A stretch of 63,548 nt of DNA, filler included, from Dicyema japonicum (taxonomy: Eukaryota > Animalia > Dicyemida), in assembly GCA_011109175.1 (NCBI GenBank). It is 6 parts of 6 records of this genome, joined end to end, with 100 filler letters (N's around TTAATTAATTAA, not from the genome) between each part and the next. Parts side by side here need not be neighbours in the genome. Positions count along the whole stretch, not along the records: positions 33,758 to 61,496 come from RDEW01000019.1; positions 61,597 to 63,548 come from RDEW01000137.1; 4 more parts are not named here. One strand, 5' to 3'. Shown in pieces: positions 50,781-63,128 of the stretch. How positions within the stretch are numbered: the first letter of the stretch is position 1; the number at the start of each line of letters is the position of its first letter. The translations under genes and the position numbers were made by a program. Under the pieces are notes generated by a model that was not told the DNA's origin, did not search any database, and saw only the letters and a list, made by a program, of their open reading frames with translations.

Positions 50781-51559
50781 TGATTCAATTATTCTATTAC
50801 CAAGAAATGTGTAAGTAAACATGTCAACAACTAGAATTATTTTTTTTATTTTTGTTATATCCATCTTACATTTACAGATCTCCTCATTGACCCTATGATT
50901 CAATTATTCTATTACCAAGAAATGTGTAAGTAAACATGTCAACAACTAGAATTATTTTTTTTATTTTTGTTTTAAAAATTGAAATATTATTAATTTTAAA
51001 ACAAACTTAAATTAATGAAAAAATCACTTAGTAATTCATCCGAGATAAGAATGATTTCGGAAAAATTTGTAGGCCACCCTTTTTGAAGGTCATAGAAGGG
51101 TTGGGAATGTGGAACGGTTCTTTTCTATGCAGAATTTGCACTGAGCACCACCACAACAACAGCATGACGCCACGATAAATTTTTATTAAGATTACTGGCG
51201 GAGCATTAGAGAAGAATTCGAGAGATGTTTGAGGCTGGGATCACCTATTAGTGAGTTAATTCTTTTTTGGTGGTCTTGAGATTTTAAAATAAAATAAAAA
51301 TAGTAATGATTTCGAGATCAAAGAAGACCCGTTTTGGGGAGCGGTTCAAGATGTCCGTATCTGCCGATTTCAACCTTCCCTTGTGGTTCTGTTTCCCCCT
51401 TAGTTAGACGGGAGGTTCTTTCTCTTTCATCCCAGTAGTCCTGAAGCAATAATAATCACTAAGCCATTAAACTAAGTTTTTATTGAGATAACCCTCCTTT
51501 AACTCAACGGGAGTTTTTTGCATTTATTTTTTTGACAATCTAGAACACGACTATTGGGT

Positions 51560-52000
51560 TATCTCGGCTACTCACAGCAAGCACATCATTTTCGTTTCTC
51601 ATCCCTGGATCCTACGCACTTTTTGTAGGGTCGCTCTGGTGTCAGCAAAAACTTGAGATGATTCGCGGACCCGTTCACATCACTATGCTCTCGAAAAAGT
51701 CTACCAAAAATAATGAAAAGAATCCCAATTACCAAAGACAGAACGCTTGTATTTTAACCTTTTCTCTAATAGTCTTGCTTCTGTAAATGATTTCTGAGTT
51801 CAATTATTTCCCCCTTTATGGTATTGAAGTTTAGTTTTATGTAAAAAAGTCATTTGGCTGGTCCGCGGTTTGGTTTGATGTCACCAGAGATTATCAATAT
51901 GGTCGTCACCAGGTTGGATGAGTACGGTCATGAGTAGCGTTGGATTAGGGAGAGATATTGATTCTTTTTGGGAATGCATTAGCTGCATCCTGAGAACCCC
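51560..52000 (-). mobile_element. LINE ORF2 5' fragment: degenerate 2A-like motif followed by APE start
   Basis: LVTTILIISGDIKPNRGP then LNFNTIKGEIIELRNHLQKQD. Confidence 0.6.
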
Positions 52001-52342
52001 CATAACTTTTTGTAATGATCTTCAGTATCCTCTCTTGACTACATACAAGCACATACTTGACGGAGAACTACCCATAAAACCGTCACCGTTTATCCGTATT
52101 AGTGACTCAAGAGATGTCGGTACTGGCCTTTTCTTTTGGAACTCCATCGTTCAATCACATGATGTCACGTTAAATAAATTTTGGCAGAGTTGATTTTTTA
52201 TTGATATGAAAAAAATTGATTTTATTATAAAATTTATTATTATATAATATAATGAAGGGAATAATTACGTTTTGTATTACATAATAAATAATATAAGTAG
52301 CCAACATTAGTAGAGTCGTAATAGACTTTATTGTGTCTTTGA

Positions 52343-53667
52343 ATGTCTTTCAGGAGAAATAATAAGACACAAACTGGATTTGAAGAGAAAGAAAACTTGC
52401 CTTTCTATGCACTGAATGAGTGGAATAAGGGAATATTTATCTCATCAAAGTCTATGCCAACATTCGAAGCAGTTCCTGAATTGAATGCCGAACAAATGAG
52501 TTTTGAAAATTCAGAATACCAATCAAACAATGTAATTCACAGCAACCGACACGGCAGACTAAAATTAATAGAAAATACTGAATTAAACTTGAATAGGCTT
52601 TGTGAGTCATTTGTATGATTAAATAAAATTTTTAGGAAAGAAATGTCTATTTAACCAGAAAAATTAGCCAAAATGTTGACATGAGCGTTGATGTCTTGGC
52701 CCAGATACACAAAACGTCTGCGGGTAAATACGGTTGAATATGGATTAGATCATTCAAATCCGAGTTTCTGCTGGTCGGGGATTTTTCCTGAATGTCAAAT
52801 CGACTTGGAATCGTCATTGCTCTCCCAAAAAGTATTCGTCGGAGGGTTGCCTTCGAGGATCGACGATGGTGGTGAATTTTGCTAAATTTAGAGTCCCTAA
52901 AAGCAGTCTTTAACACTTTTGGGCAAATTAACATTTATTGGCCGAAAAGAAAGAGCAATTATAAAGGTTTCAGCAATTTTAATTTCAGTTCCTGGTGGCT
53001 ACGTGTACATCATTTTCGCCAAGCAAAATTCGCTGAAGAATTTATTGTCAATTTGCAAGAAGGACAACAATAATAATAATTTTTACTTCCAATTTGCGTA
53101 CAAATTCAACGAGTCTGAGCTAAACGCTGAGGTGGGGAATTTTGGTCAGAAATAGGTTCAAATTATTCCATGGCTGCAAACTGACTTGTTTTACAAAAAG
53201 GATTTTGTGAAGGAAACACCGTTTTTGAAATCAGTGTTTGTCGGGGCACTCCATGGGACGATAACTGCGAAAAGACTGTACCAAATAATGGACGATTTGT
53301 TTGGGTTTGTCGTTTCTGCTGAGATCGACAGTGACAGACACGCCTACCCCATTGGTTTGAGAGGTCTCTGTAACTTTAGGATCCGGAAAAGTGACATTTT
53401 CCAACAAATCCTGCTATTTGAAGGCCATAAAGGCTGAATTTGTGGAAGTTAGATGCGATAAGTTTACTAAGAAGGTTTTTTGTTTGTATGAGAGAGTAGA
53501 TTCAAATTGATCCCTATTTGGAGGAGACCCATTGTCAGAACTGTATTATTGAATCTGGGATCTATTTTTGCCGCAACTTGAACTGCTTAACGTATTACTG
53601 TGAAAAATGCTGGAATATAATTCATAAGAAGGTGACTGACAAGCATCTCCCAGTCACTAGATTTTAA
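52343..53667 (+). CDS. CPEB1: Cytoplasmic polyadenylation element-binding protein 1 (two RRMs + ZZ domain)
   Basis: [69 protein letters not shown]; introns 52602-52635, 52724-52748, 52869-52891, 52967-52988, 53132-53155, 53355-53379, 53475-53499. Confidence 0.93.
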
Positions 53668-53769
53668 ATATTTCTTTGGTCTTACTGTTTTTGTCAATTT
53701 ATTTATTGCTTTGTTAAGGGGGGTACTTTGGTTGATATCTTGATGAGGTCGTGAAAAGGCTTTTGGTGG

Positions 53770-54790
53770 TATGACTAGTGACCGTATACATGGATAGGTT
53801 CATGTCTGCTTCCAATCACTTGGTGTAGTCTGGTATATATTTCTTTTAGGTAAAGATCCGAGTCATCATCAGAGACCCAAGAAGGGAATCCCTTCATAAC
53901 AGCAGTGGAAGGATATAGGATGGAAGTGGTAGAAACATGTCTATCAACGCCATATGGAGCGTTCATACCAAAATCATAGGCTCAAGCATCCATATCCCCC
54001 TTTGAGGCAAATTCGAGCGTGAATATGCCTGATTTCCTTAGGGTATTTTGCGCCTTACTGNACATGAAATGTAGGGAGAGGGTGAAAATAAGACTCCTCA
54101 TCACAAACTTGTAGTGCTTATTAAGTGGAATCGTCAAATGCCAACTGCAAAAAGAAGAGGAAATATTTCACATTATCCAGTTTATAGAGAAAAATAGTGG
54201 CCAACATGCAACGAACCAAGCCCCTCAGAAGATTCCGATTAGTCGATTGTAGGAAAGAGCACAGAAGGGACTGGACTTGTGGATAACCTTGAGCACACCT
54301 CAGTCCACGTGTGAATTCAATTTAATAGTCTTTGAACTTCAGAAGGATTGATTCTTGGAGAGATATATGGGGTTCTGTTCAATGTTCTCAGCGAAGATTA
54401 GAAAGAGTCAATCGATCTTTGAAAGCGGAAGTTTTGTCCCCGCTCAGTAGTCGAAAAATTTTTATTGGAAATAAACATTTGGACATTCTTGTTCACAATT
54501 AATTTTCTGACAAGGAGACATCGCCCGTCCTTCATGAAACGTTCGAAAGAGAAACCAGGTTATATATTTCTTTTAGGCAAAGATCCGAGTCATCATCAGA
54601 GACCCAAGAAGGAAATCCCTTCATAACAGCAGTGGAAGGATATAGGATGGAAGTGGTAGAAACATGTCTATCAACGCCATATGGAGCGTTCATACCAAAA
54701 TCATAGGCTCAAGCATCCATATCCCCCTTTGAGGCAAATTCGAGCGTGAATATGTCTGATTTCCTTAGGGTATTTTGCGCCTTATTGGAA
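53770..54790 (-). mobile_element. Two fragments of LINE ORF1 related to 59815-60260
   Basis: FTLEFASK..YPSTAVMKGFPSWVSDDD repeated at ~53800-54060 and ~54560-54790. Confidence 0.65.
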
Positions 54791-54875
54791 GTCGAGAAAA
54801 AACAAAGAATTATAAAGACAACAGCCAAAATCAGTTTAATACCCAATCTCAAGTAATTAAGTTTCCCAGTAAAAT

Positions 54876-55851
54876 TCAGAAGGTGACCCCAGTAGCTACT
54901 TCGGCTGCTTCGATTACTTTCTGTTGCATAATTTTATCATAAGCATATTTTGATTTCTTCCCAAATTTGCAATTATCAAAATATTCCCCAGAAACTCCTT
55001 CCAGACTTGCATCCGCAGTGGCATACAACACAGTCTGGGCTCCATTTTCCACCGTCTATTAGTCAATATTTTAACTCACCCCCCCAAAAAATTTCATGAA
55101 AATTTTAAAAATAAAACTTAGCGGAAATTTTTCATAAAAATTACTATAAATAGTTCCAGGATGCAGCGCATTAAAAGTGAGGCAACTATGCGGAATTTTA
55201 TCAGCAATGTATTGACAGAAATATAACTGGCATAGTTTACTGTTGCCGTATGACTTGGTTATATCAAGAGATTTCCCCTTCAACAGCTCCTCGTTTATCC
55301 TCCCTGCCAACTGGTGTGTCCATGAACTAACGAAGACGACTCTACTCGGTTGACTTTCAATCAATTTATCTGAAATATATTCACGAAATTACTCAATAAA
55401 AGTTTAGTGAGGAGAAAAGGAGCAAAGTAGTTAACCTGCATCACAGTCTCGAATCCGTCTTTGGTTTCCTCGTAATTAAAGGCTAAAATAAACCACCAAA
55501 CAACAGGCAAGCCCAGCGTTGTGTACGAGAGCATACAAATTGCTCTCCTCCTGGCAAAATTCATAAGAAAATTTCTTGACTGATTCAAAGGAAGCAAGGT
55601 CAAGTTCCATAACTTTAATATTTGAATTTCCCGTCTCATCTTCTATCCTATTGGCTGCCATTTGGGCATTAGTTACGTTTCTGCATGCCAATATCACACG
55701 TGATCCTCTGTGGGCTAATCCTTTCGAAATTTCATAGCCAATTCCTATAATATCACTACTCCTATTACTTACCAGATGCTCCTCCAGTCACTATTATTGT
55801 CTTTCCGGACAAGTTTATGCGACTATCGTAGACTTTGGTCATTGTTTTCAT
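54876..55851 (-). CDS. Short-chain dehydrogenase/reductase, RDH11-14-like
   Basis: IVTGGAS|GIG, VILACRN, LDLASFESV, LVHNAG, DGFE..QVNY, SYGNSK (YxxxK), ALHPG, GAQTVLY..GEYFDNC; several ~20-30-nt introns (e.g. 55745-55772). Confidence 0.92.
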
Positions 55852-56489
55852 ATAAAAACAATAAACGCAGTAAAAAATAAAAAAAATAACCAAAAAAATT
55901 ATGAAACCAACAAGCATTTATTAGCTACTTTTAAAATTTTATTAATAATTAATTTATAATAATTAATGGCTTAGTTGTTGACAAGGTCTCAATTATGGCC
56001 TGCCGGCATTGAGCACGTAATGGGAGTTACTTCTCATGATCAGTTCTGCAAGACGTCCGATGACTCCTATAACATGATAAACTCATACATGGTCGGGCCA
56101 ATAACTCCAGACGTCTCAACTGAGATCGGGTGGATACAGGGGCGTGCCAAACCTTTCTGCTGCCCGGGGAGAGTGTATGATAATGATGCCCCTTATAACT
56201 AAATTAATCGTGACTAAATAAATTGTGTTGTCATACATGAGAATAAATAAAAAATCGAGTAAGAGTGAAGTCCATAATTATTTAATTTATTAAACGATAA
56301 ACAAAAAGTCACGTAGCTTCATGTCCTATCGGTCCTTTGATGTCAACAAAAGTCTGTACCACAGCTTCTTTCAGAATTTCTTTCAACGCTGATCAAAGAT
56401 AAACTTGACAGGCAATGATTTGACACGGAAACCTCAAATATGTTTGTATATATGAATGTCTCATTTTGATCAATGTGTCTCATTTAGTA

Positions 56490-59400
56490 AGTAAGTTATT
56501 ATAAAGAAAAAGCACTGTAAATTAAGTGATGGGGGAAGTAATATGAAACGGTAGGGCATGCCAACCGATTTCTACCTCGACAGTCTCCCAAAAAAAATCC
56601 GTAAACACAGGGTCATCTCTGAAGATATGTGCCAGATACTTTAGTGCGATTTTTGAAACCTCGAATAAGATTTTCGATAGTTCAGCCAACCTTGCACATT
56701 TTTCCTTCCAACCATAGGGGAATTGGCATACGAGGAATATCCCGTAAGCAAGCTTTAGAGCAAAATTTCGCGTCTTCTCAAATTTCTTGAGGATAGAGTC
56801 TATCTTTTTCGAATCGTACATCCTTCTAAACCGTATAACATTTCAGGTAGTATCGCAGTGTTGAAGACATAACAAAAGTCTCCGGCTCGAGCTTTAATTT
56901 TCTAACGTAGTAAAGAGCGTTCGTAGCTTTTTTTCTTTCGTATTTTAGCATGTTCCATAAAATTATCTCCCTCGTCAATTAGGAGGCCAAGGTATTTCAT
57001 AGTCTTCTTCCGAGGTATGTCTTGTAACAAGCTCTTTAGGCTAGCCATCCACCTGCTTCCAGTTATCCTCAGCATACCAGATTTCTCATGTGCCACCGAA
57101 AGTAAGTTTTCATTGCACCACTCTTTAATCTGGTCCATGTACGTCTTCAATTGTTTCTCAGATACCAAAGGGTTTAAAGAAACATCATAAATTATGACGT
57201 CATCAGCGTATATCAAAATTTATGTATGTGGGTTTTCTGGGGAAGGCAATTCACTCATTACAATGTTAAATAATAGAGGACTGAGCACTGAACCCTGAGG
57301 TACACCTCTTCTCAACCAAATTTCACGAGATTCATAGTTTAAAAAATTAAAGTCTATCCGAGAGCAAACTTTGTATCCAAAAATAGAGTTTCTTTTCAAT
57401 ACCAAATTTCGCAAGACAAATAAAAAGACTAAGATGCCACACACTGTCGAAAGCTATGGATGTATAATAGCAGACTACGGTCAAACACCCTTTAGTTTTA
57501 AAAGCCTTCACAATTGACGCGTTATTACTGTACAAACAATTTCCACAAGACCGATTTTTTTGAAAGCCCCACTGATGCTCTTTTAGTATATCACTACGTT
57601 CTATATTTTCAGAATGTCTGTTGAATACAATTCTTTCCATAACTCTTGAGATCGTTGGTATAAGGCTAATGGGCGTATAACTGGTTAAGTACCCAGGTTT
57701 CCCAGATTTACGTATCATCCTGACCTCCGTCAATTTCCAATGCGAAAGTATGTGACCCAACCTGATACTGCAAATATAGAGACATGTCAGATATTCATAG
57801 AGTACCTTGGGTGCTTCCTTGAATAAACGAATAGAGATCTTGTCCTTTCCAGGAGCATTGTTTTTAGTGCATTTTACCGCATTTTCAACTTCTCCAGCAT
57901 TTATAGGGCTGTGACGTAGAGACAAAGAACTAACTACTTTTTCCAACTTTTTTTAGAGAACTGAGGGCCAACGAAGACAGTCGCTCATGGTTAACTTGTT
58001 GTATTTTCGAGAGTTCATCCCCAAACATGTTAGGAATTTCTTCTAAAGATACAAGAGACTCATCATGACATTGCAACAGTAAAATTTCTTTTCTGGATTA
58101 CGTGCGGTTACTTTATTATAAATTTTTTAAAATTTTGGGTTTTTTCGATACAATTTCTGCACTGAGTTATCCAAAAATTATTCTTTTCAACTTTTTTCTA
58201 ATCTGCGTATTTCTTGCATGATTATCATAATTTCTAGCTCTATGAGCCTACGGTCATGGACGTAATTTGTTTTTCAAGCATTGTTTCCTTTTCAAAAAGA
58301 CTATAACATTTTTTTGTGTCATTGGAGAATTCTTGTTAACCGAATAGACTTTATTCGCATATGTTTCGAGGTACGATTTAAAAAAAACAATTAGAGTCTC
58401 TCTAACTCTCAAGATCCAACTTGGAAAACTCCTGATTACAAAAATTCCCAAAACGTTCCAAATATATAGCAATCCTATTTCGGTAATGATCTCAGTTTAT
58501 ACTTGTCAGATCATAGCGTACTAGAGTAGGCTTAACCTCTAAAAGAGTTAGGTTGAGTTTATAAAAAATTGGTAGATGATCACTACCAATATCACCAAGC
58601 GTAATCGGTCGTTCCAAAAATTGATGAACAGATATTAACGCCATTCCCAAATAATTTCAGTCACTTAAAGAATAGTGATTCGGGGTCGAGGACATCACAA
58701 CAGAAAACCCGGAAGACACAGACATATCTTTCAAAACAAGGCCGTCTCTATTCGTCCCCAGACAACCGAACGGTGCATTTTCATCATGAATAAAATCCTC
58801 AATAAGATAAGGATACGAAGATTATTTTTTAGAATAAATTTCTCAAATTTTCATCCACATATTTTTCACTCGTACTTTTAGGGAAACAAACTCACACAAT
58901 TCTTGGGATATGATCTTCAGGTTACGAACCCTTAGATTTAGTCTGTAGAACATAGATGTACCCGTACCGAGCCAGACTTCCATTTAATATCAAGAGAACA
59001 ATATCACTCAAGTTGAAAATTATCCTCACTCTTCGTTTCATTAACAATTAATATATCAACGGGATTGGTAGATAGCATATGCACAATCTCAGAACGCCTT
59101 CTCTTTAAGGATCGGGCGTTCACCGCAATAATAGTAAGAACAGACTTCATACTTGTAGAACCTCTGCCTCTCCAAAAAAGAGGGCCAACATGTTCCTGAC
59201 GTCAACTCCTTTTTCGGCATAAAAAGAAACCAGCTTGTCAACAGCATTTATCAATTCCAAGTCTGCAACCGGGCCTTCCACCAGATTAGGAGTACCGACA
59301 GCATTCCCTTTGCTCATGGTATTGGTAACAATGTTTGTATTCTCTGAGGTTCGGTTAGTATCCACGGTCGATATTTTCGCGTCTATTTGGGTCGAAAAAT

Positions 59401-60520
59401 CACATTTTATTGAGTGTGTAGATTTTCCCCAAACACTTTCAACAGCCTCAGCTTTAACCCACTTAACTGGTCGAAACACCTTCTTAGTCATGTCTTTCGT
59501 ACCTCTTTCTTCAAAAGCAGCCTTTGCTTTAAGAACAACTACCATAACAAACCAAATGACCAACTGTCCCACAGTTAATGCACTTCCTTTCACTGCCCTT
59601 CGCCAAACAAAAGTTCATATTATGATCTCTACAACAAATTAAACACTTTTCCTTTTCCTTGCAGAAATTCAGGACGTGCCCGATTTTTTGACATCGGTAG
59701 CACCTAGTTAACGGTTTTCTGTACTATTCAAAACGAACTCTCTGGAACCCAAATACCATCCCCAGTCTTACAAGCAAAGTGGCTTCCGCTCTAGACTTCA
59801 AAGTTAATTTTCCAACAGGAAAACTGCGCCCGTCCATCATGAAACGTTGGAAAGAAAAACCAGGTCGTAGAGTTTCTGTAAAATAAAGATTCAAGTCATC
59901 ATCTGAGACTCAAGAAGGGATTCCATTCATAACATCAGTGGAAGGATATAGAAAGGAAGTAGTAAAAGCATGTCCATCAATACCAAGTGGGGCTCTTAAG
60001 CCATAATCATCGACACAAGCGTATATATCCTCTTTTGAGGCAAATTCAAGCCTAAATATGCCTGATTCCTTTAATGTAATTCANAATAACATCAGTGGAA
60101 GGATATAGGAAGGAAGTAGTAAAAGCATGTCCATCAATACCAAGTGGGGCTCTTAAGCCAAAATCATCGACACATGCGTCCATATCCTCTTTTGAGGCAA
60201 ATTAAAGCCTAAATATGCCTGATTCCCTTAATGTAATTCATGCCTTACTGGCAGTCGCTGAGTTTGATAGTATGTTAAAACGTTATATCAGTCCCAAAGC
60301 CATGTTTTTAATTTCCAGATTCACTACAAGATAATCATAAGCCAAGTTAGACGAAACAGCTCGTCCTGATACAACAATGTCATGTAGTTCATCGGTGGGT
60401 ATTTTAATCCCCTTCTTTGATTTAGATTTCACTGTCGATTTACCTTCATTTGCCAGTTTTCCTTCTTTGTCGTTGACGTGTCTCATTTGACCTTTAAATG
60501 TATTATTTTGATCGATCTGT
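56490..60520 (-). mobile_element. Near full-length decayed Jockey/I-group LINE (gag-like ORF1 + APE-RT ORF2)
   Basis: ORF1 GIPS.VSDDD..RCYRCQKIGH..C..CLICCRDH..C..CINCGTVGH..C (three Zn knuckles); DIGSDHLP; QWGFQKNRSC, GVPQGSVLSPLLF, IYADD, KYLG; short (TTAC)n tail. Confidence 0.85.
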
Positions 60521-61161
60521 ATTTCATTTTAATCAGAAGTCTCTCATTTTTATAAATGGGACTATTTTCTTGGTTATGCATTCTGATCTTTAATCTCCTT
60601 TTTATCAACCAATTATCTTCAACTTTTATGAAGTCATTGCTTGGTAAATCTAAAAGGTTTTTCGGTCAACCATCCATTATTTAGGGTTAACAACCTAATC
60701 AGACAACTTTCGGATTGTTCCAAGAAAAAATCTTTCAAAGATTTTCTACTAGAATGATTCATTGACTTTCCAAGTTCTATGCCAAAAAGTTTTTCGGAAT
60801 AACAATTGGAAGAGTCTGTAATGAAATAAATATTAAGTTTAACAAAATTTTGTTTTTTTATTTATTTCAGTGTGGTAAACCAAAAAACACAATAAAATGT
60901 TATCAATTATGCTAGAAATGAATCTATTACTTTTGGCATTCTTTGTTGTTTCAAGTTCGTATCAAATTGATGAAACGTCTACTGAAAACTTACAACTTCC
61001 TAGTTCCACTACTGGCACTGGATATAACGTAGATTACGAAATAAGGTGGTTCAAGACAAATGTAAGGATTTAGAGTATTNCGAAATGAAATAAATATTAA
61101 GTTTAACAAAAATTTGTTTTTTTTATTTATTTCAGTGTGGTAAACCAAAAAACACAATAAA

Positions 61162-61496
61162 ATGTTATCAATTATGCTAGAAATGAATCTATTACTTTTG
61201 GCATTCTTTGTTGTTTCAAGTTCGTATCAAATTGATGAAACGTCGACTGAAAACTTACAACTTCCAAGTTCCACTACTGGCACTGGATATAACTTAGATT
61301 ACGAAATAAGGTGGTTCAAGACAAATGTAAGGATATAGAGTATTTTAGCTTGACCACTTTAACTCCACAAATAGTTATAAATTTAATTTGAAATACATTT
61401 ATTCTGATAAACACTACAAACCTGGTGGACCGGTATTTTTCTATACTGGAAATGAAGGAAGAATCGAAGATTTTTCTGAAAACATGGTTTTTATGC
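61162..61496 (+). CDS. S28 serine peptidase (PRCP/DPP7-like) 5' part, ends in gap; artefactual duplicate at ~60890-61079
   Basis: Signal peptide, then WFKTN|LDHFN..GGPVFFYTGNEGRIEDF; 22-nt intron 61327-61348. Confidence 0.88.
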
Positions 61497-62849
61497 NNNN
61501 NNNNNNNNNNNNNNNNNNNNNNNNNNNNNNNNNNNNNNNNTTAATTAATTAANNNNNNNNNNNNNNNNNNNNNNNNNNNNNNNNNNNNNNNNNNNNAATC
61601 AAACAAACATTTTATTTCTATTTTATTTTTTTTCTTTGGTACTTTTATCCAATGTGGTTCCGTTCTTTCTAGGAGACTAATATTTTTTTCCCATTCAACC
61701 CAATCTGACTCGATCCTGTATAAATGGGTTTTATTATCTTCGTTCTCTGGAAGATATTTTCCACTTCTTTTAATGGATTTATTTATATAATAGTATTCAG
61801 TAGGTCCGTGGATTAGTTCGAATTCCAGGGTTACAAATAGTTTTTCTAATTTGGAATTCCATGATTCGATAGAAACAGTGTCTAAACATCACATTAAAAC
61901 TGTGCAACTGTTTTCGATATTTTCACAACGTGTGTAGTCATCAAAATTAATACAAATACGAGCCAAACTAAATTCATTTATTTTTGTTTTTATGTAGAAA
62001 TCGAAAAAATTGTTTTGATGGTAAATTATTTCGAATTCTTTAAGAACGTAAGGAAAATCTATTTTAATCTTGAATAAAATACCAAAATAAAAAGCATCGC
62101 CATCTGAAAATAGCCAATAGGCGAACGAAAAATCATTAACATCTTCTAAATCGACCGTTTTGTTGGGAACAGTATATCCATAATCAAGTTCATTTCTCAT
62201 CTTTAAATTATAACTTCAAAATATCAACCATTAATATTAGACTCTCGATTGAATATCCATAAAGTTTTCTTTCAAAGCAAGCCTTCTTGTTTCCATTTTC
62301 TTGAATATAAAAATTTGCGTATGGAAATTCTATATTATATTCGCAAAATTTCAAACCATTGTAGTAAATGTGATATTCTGTATTTCCACAAAACCTTTTT
62401 GCAAATTTATAGCGATTTGCATATACTTCTTCGTATACTTCTGAAAATAATATTTCATCTAAAAATTCTTACCAGTTAAATTAAAGCAATTTGGGTCATT
62501 CGTAATCGTTTTATTCTTCCAAAACATCAAATCTAACGAACCTCATTATTAAATTTACCTTTGTGCATAGCTGTAGTTGAAAACAGTAAGAGTGAAACCA
62601 ACATTTTAAAAATCCGTTTTATTCTTCCAAAACATCAAATCTAACGAACCTCATTATTAAATTTACCTTTGTGCATAGCTGTAGTTGAAAACAGTAAGAG
62701 TGAAACCAACATTTTAAAAATCACTAGATAGACATTTTATAAGCACCTTGTTCCTTCCCAAAACTCGCAAAACACTAATTTTGGACATTAATGATTTATT
62801 TATTTTTTAATATTTTTTTATTTAAAATATTTATGAACTATACGAAATC

Positions 62850-63040
62850 AGTATTATGGAACTTTATATAATGCTATCCCGAATAACAAGCCCGACATTT
62901 TTGTCCACGACAAATCTAACAACACAATTACGCTTATCAAGGTGAGGATCACTTTACAAAATTGTCTTAAGCAGGTCAAAATGGAAAAGTTCCACAAATA
63001 CGACTTGCTGGCAAATGAGCTGAGTTGACCTAAAATACCA
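62850..63040 (+). mobile_element. R4/NeSL-type RLE C-terminal fragment
   Basis: NKPDIFVHDK..ITLI.V.IT..MEKFHKYDLLANEL. Confidence 0.65.
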
Positions 63041-63128
63041 AAAATTGACTTCATAAAAGTTTACTAGTTTTTTTAGAGCCAATATTATTTAAAGAAGAAA
63101 GTTATATGCCAGNNNNNNNNNNNNNNNN

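Noticed and set aside
53660-53720. CPE-like U-rich motifs in the CPEB1 3' UTR (autoregulation)
   Set aside because: Such motifs are expected by chance in this AT-rich DNA; no clear poly(A) hexamer.
15611-61553. Recurrent TTAATTAATTAA palindrome
   Set aside because: Always centred in N runs; an artificial six-frame-stop scaffold spacer.
61600-62480. Fragmentary minus-strand ORFs (61889-62200 and neighbours)
   Set aside because: No recognisable domain or consistent splice model.
29150-62720. Many ~100-260 bp tandem duplications (29150, 32562, 34950, 37380, 39510, 47895, 49755, 50745, 59930, 60820, 62505)
   Set aside because: Often joined by a single N and differ by a few SNPs; best explained as unmerged overlapping contig or haplotype ends.
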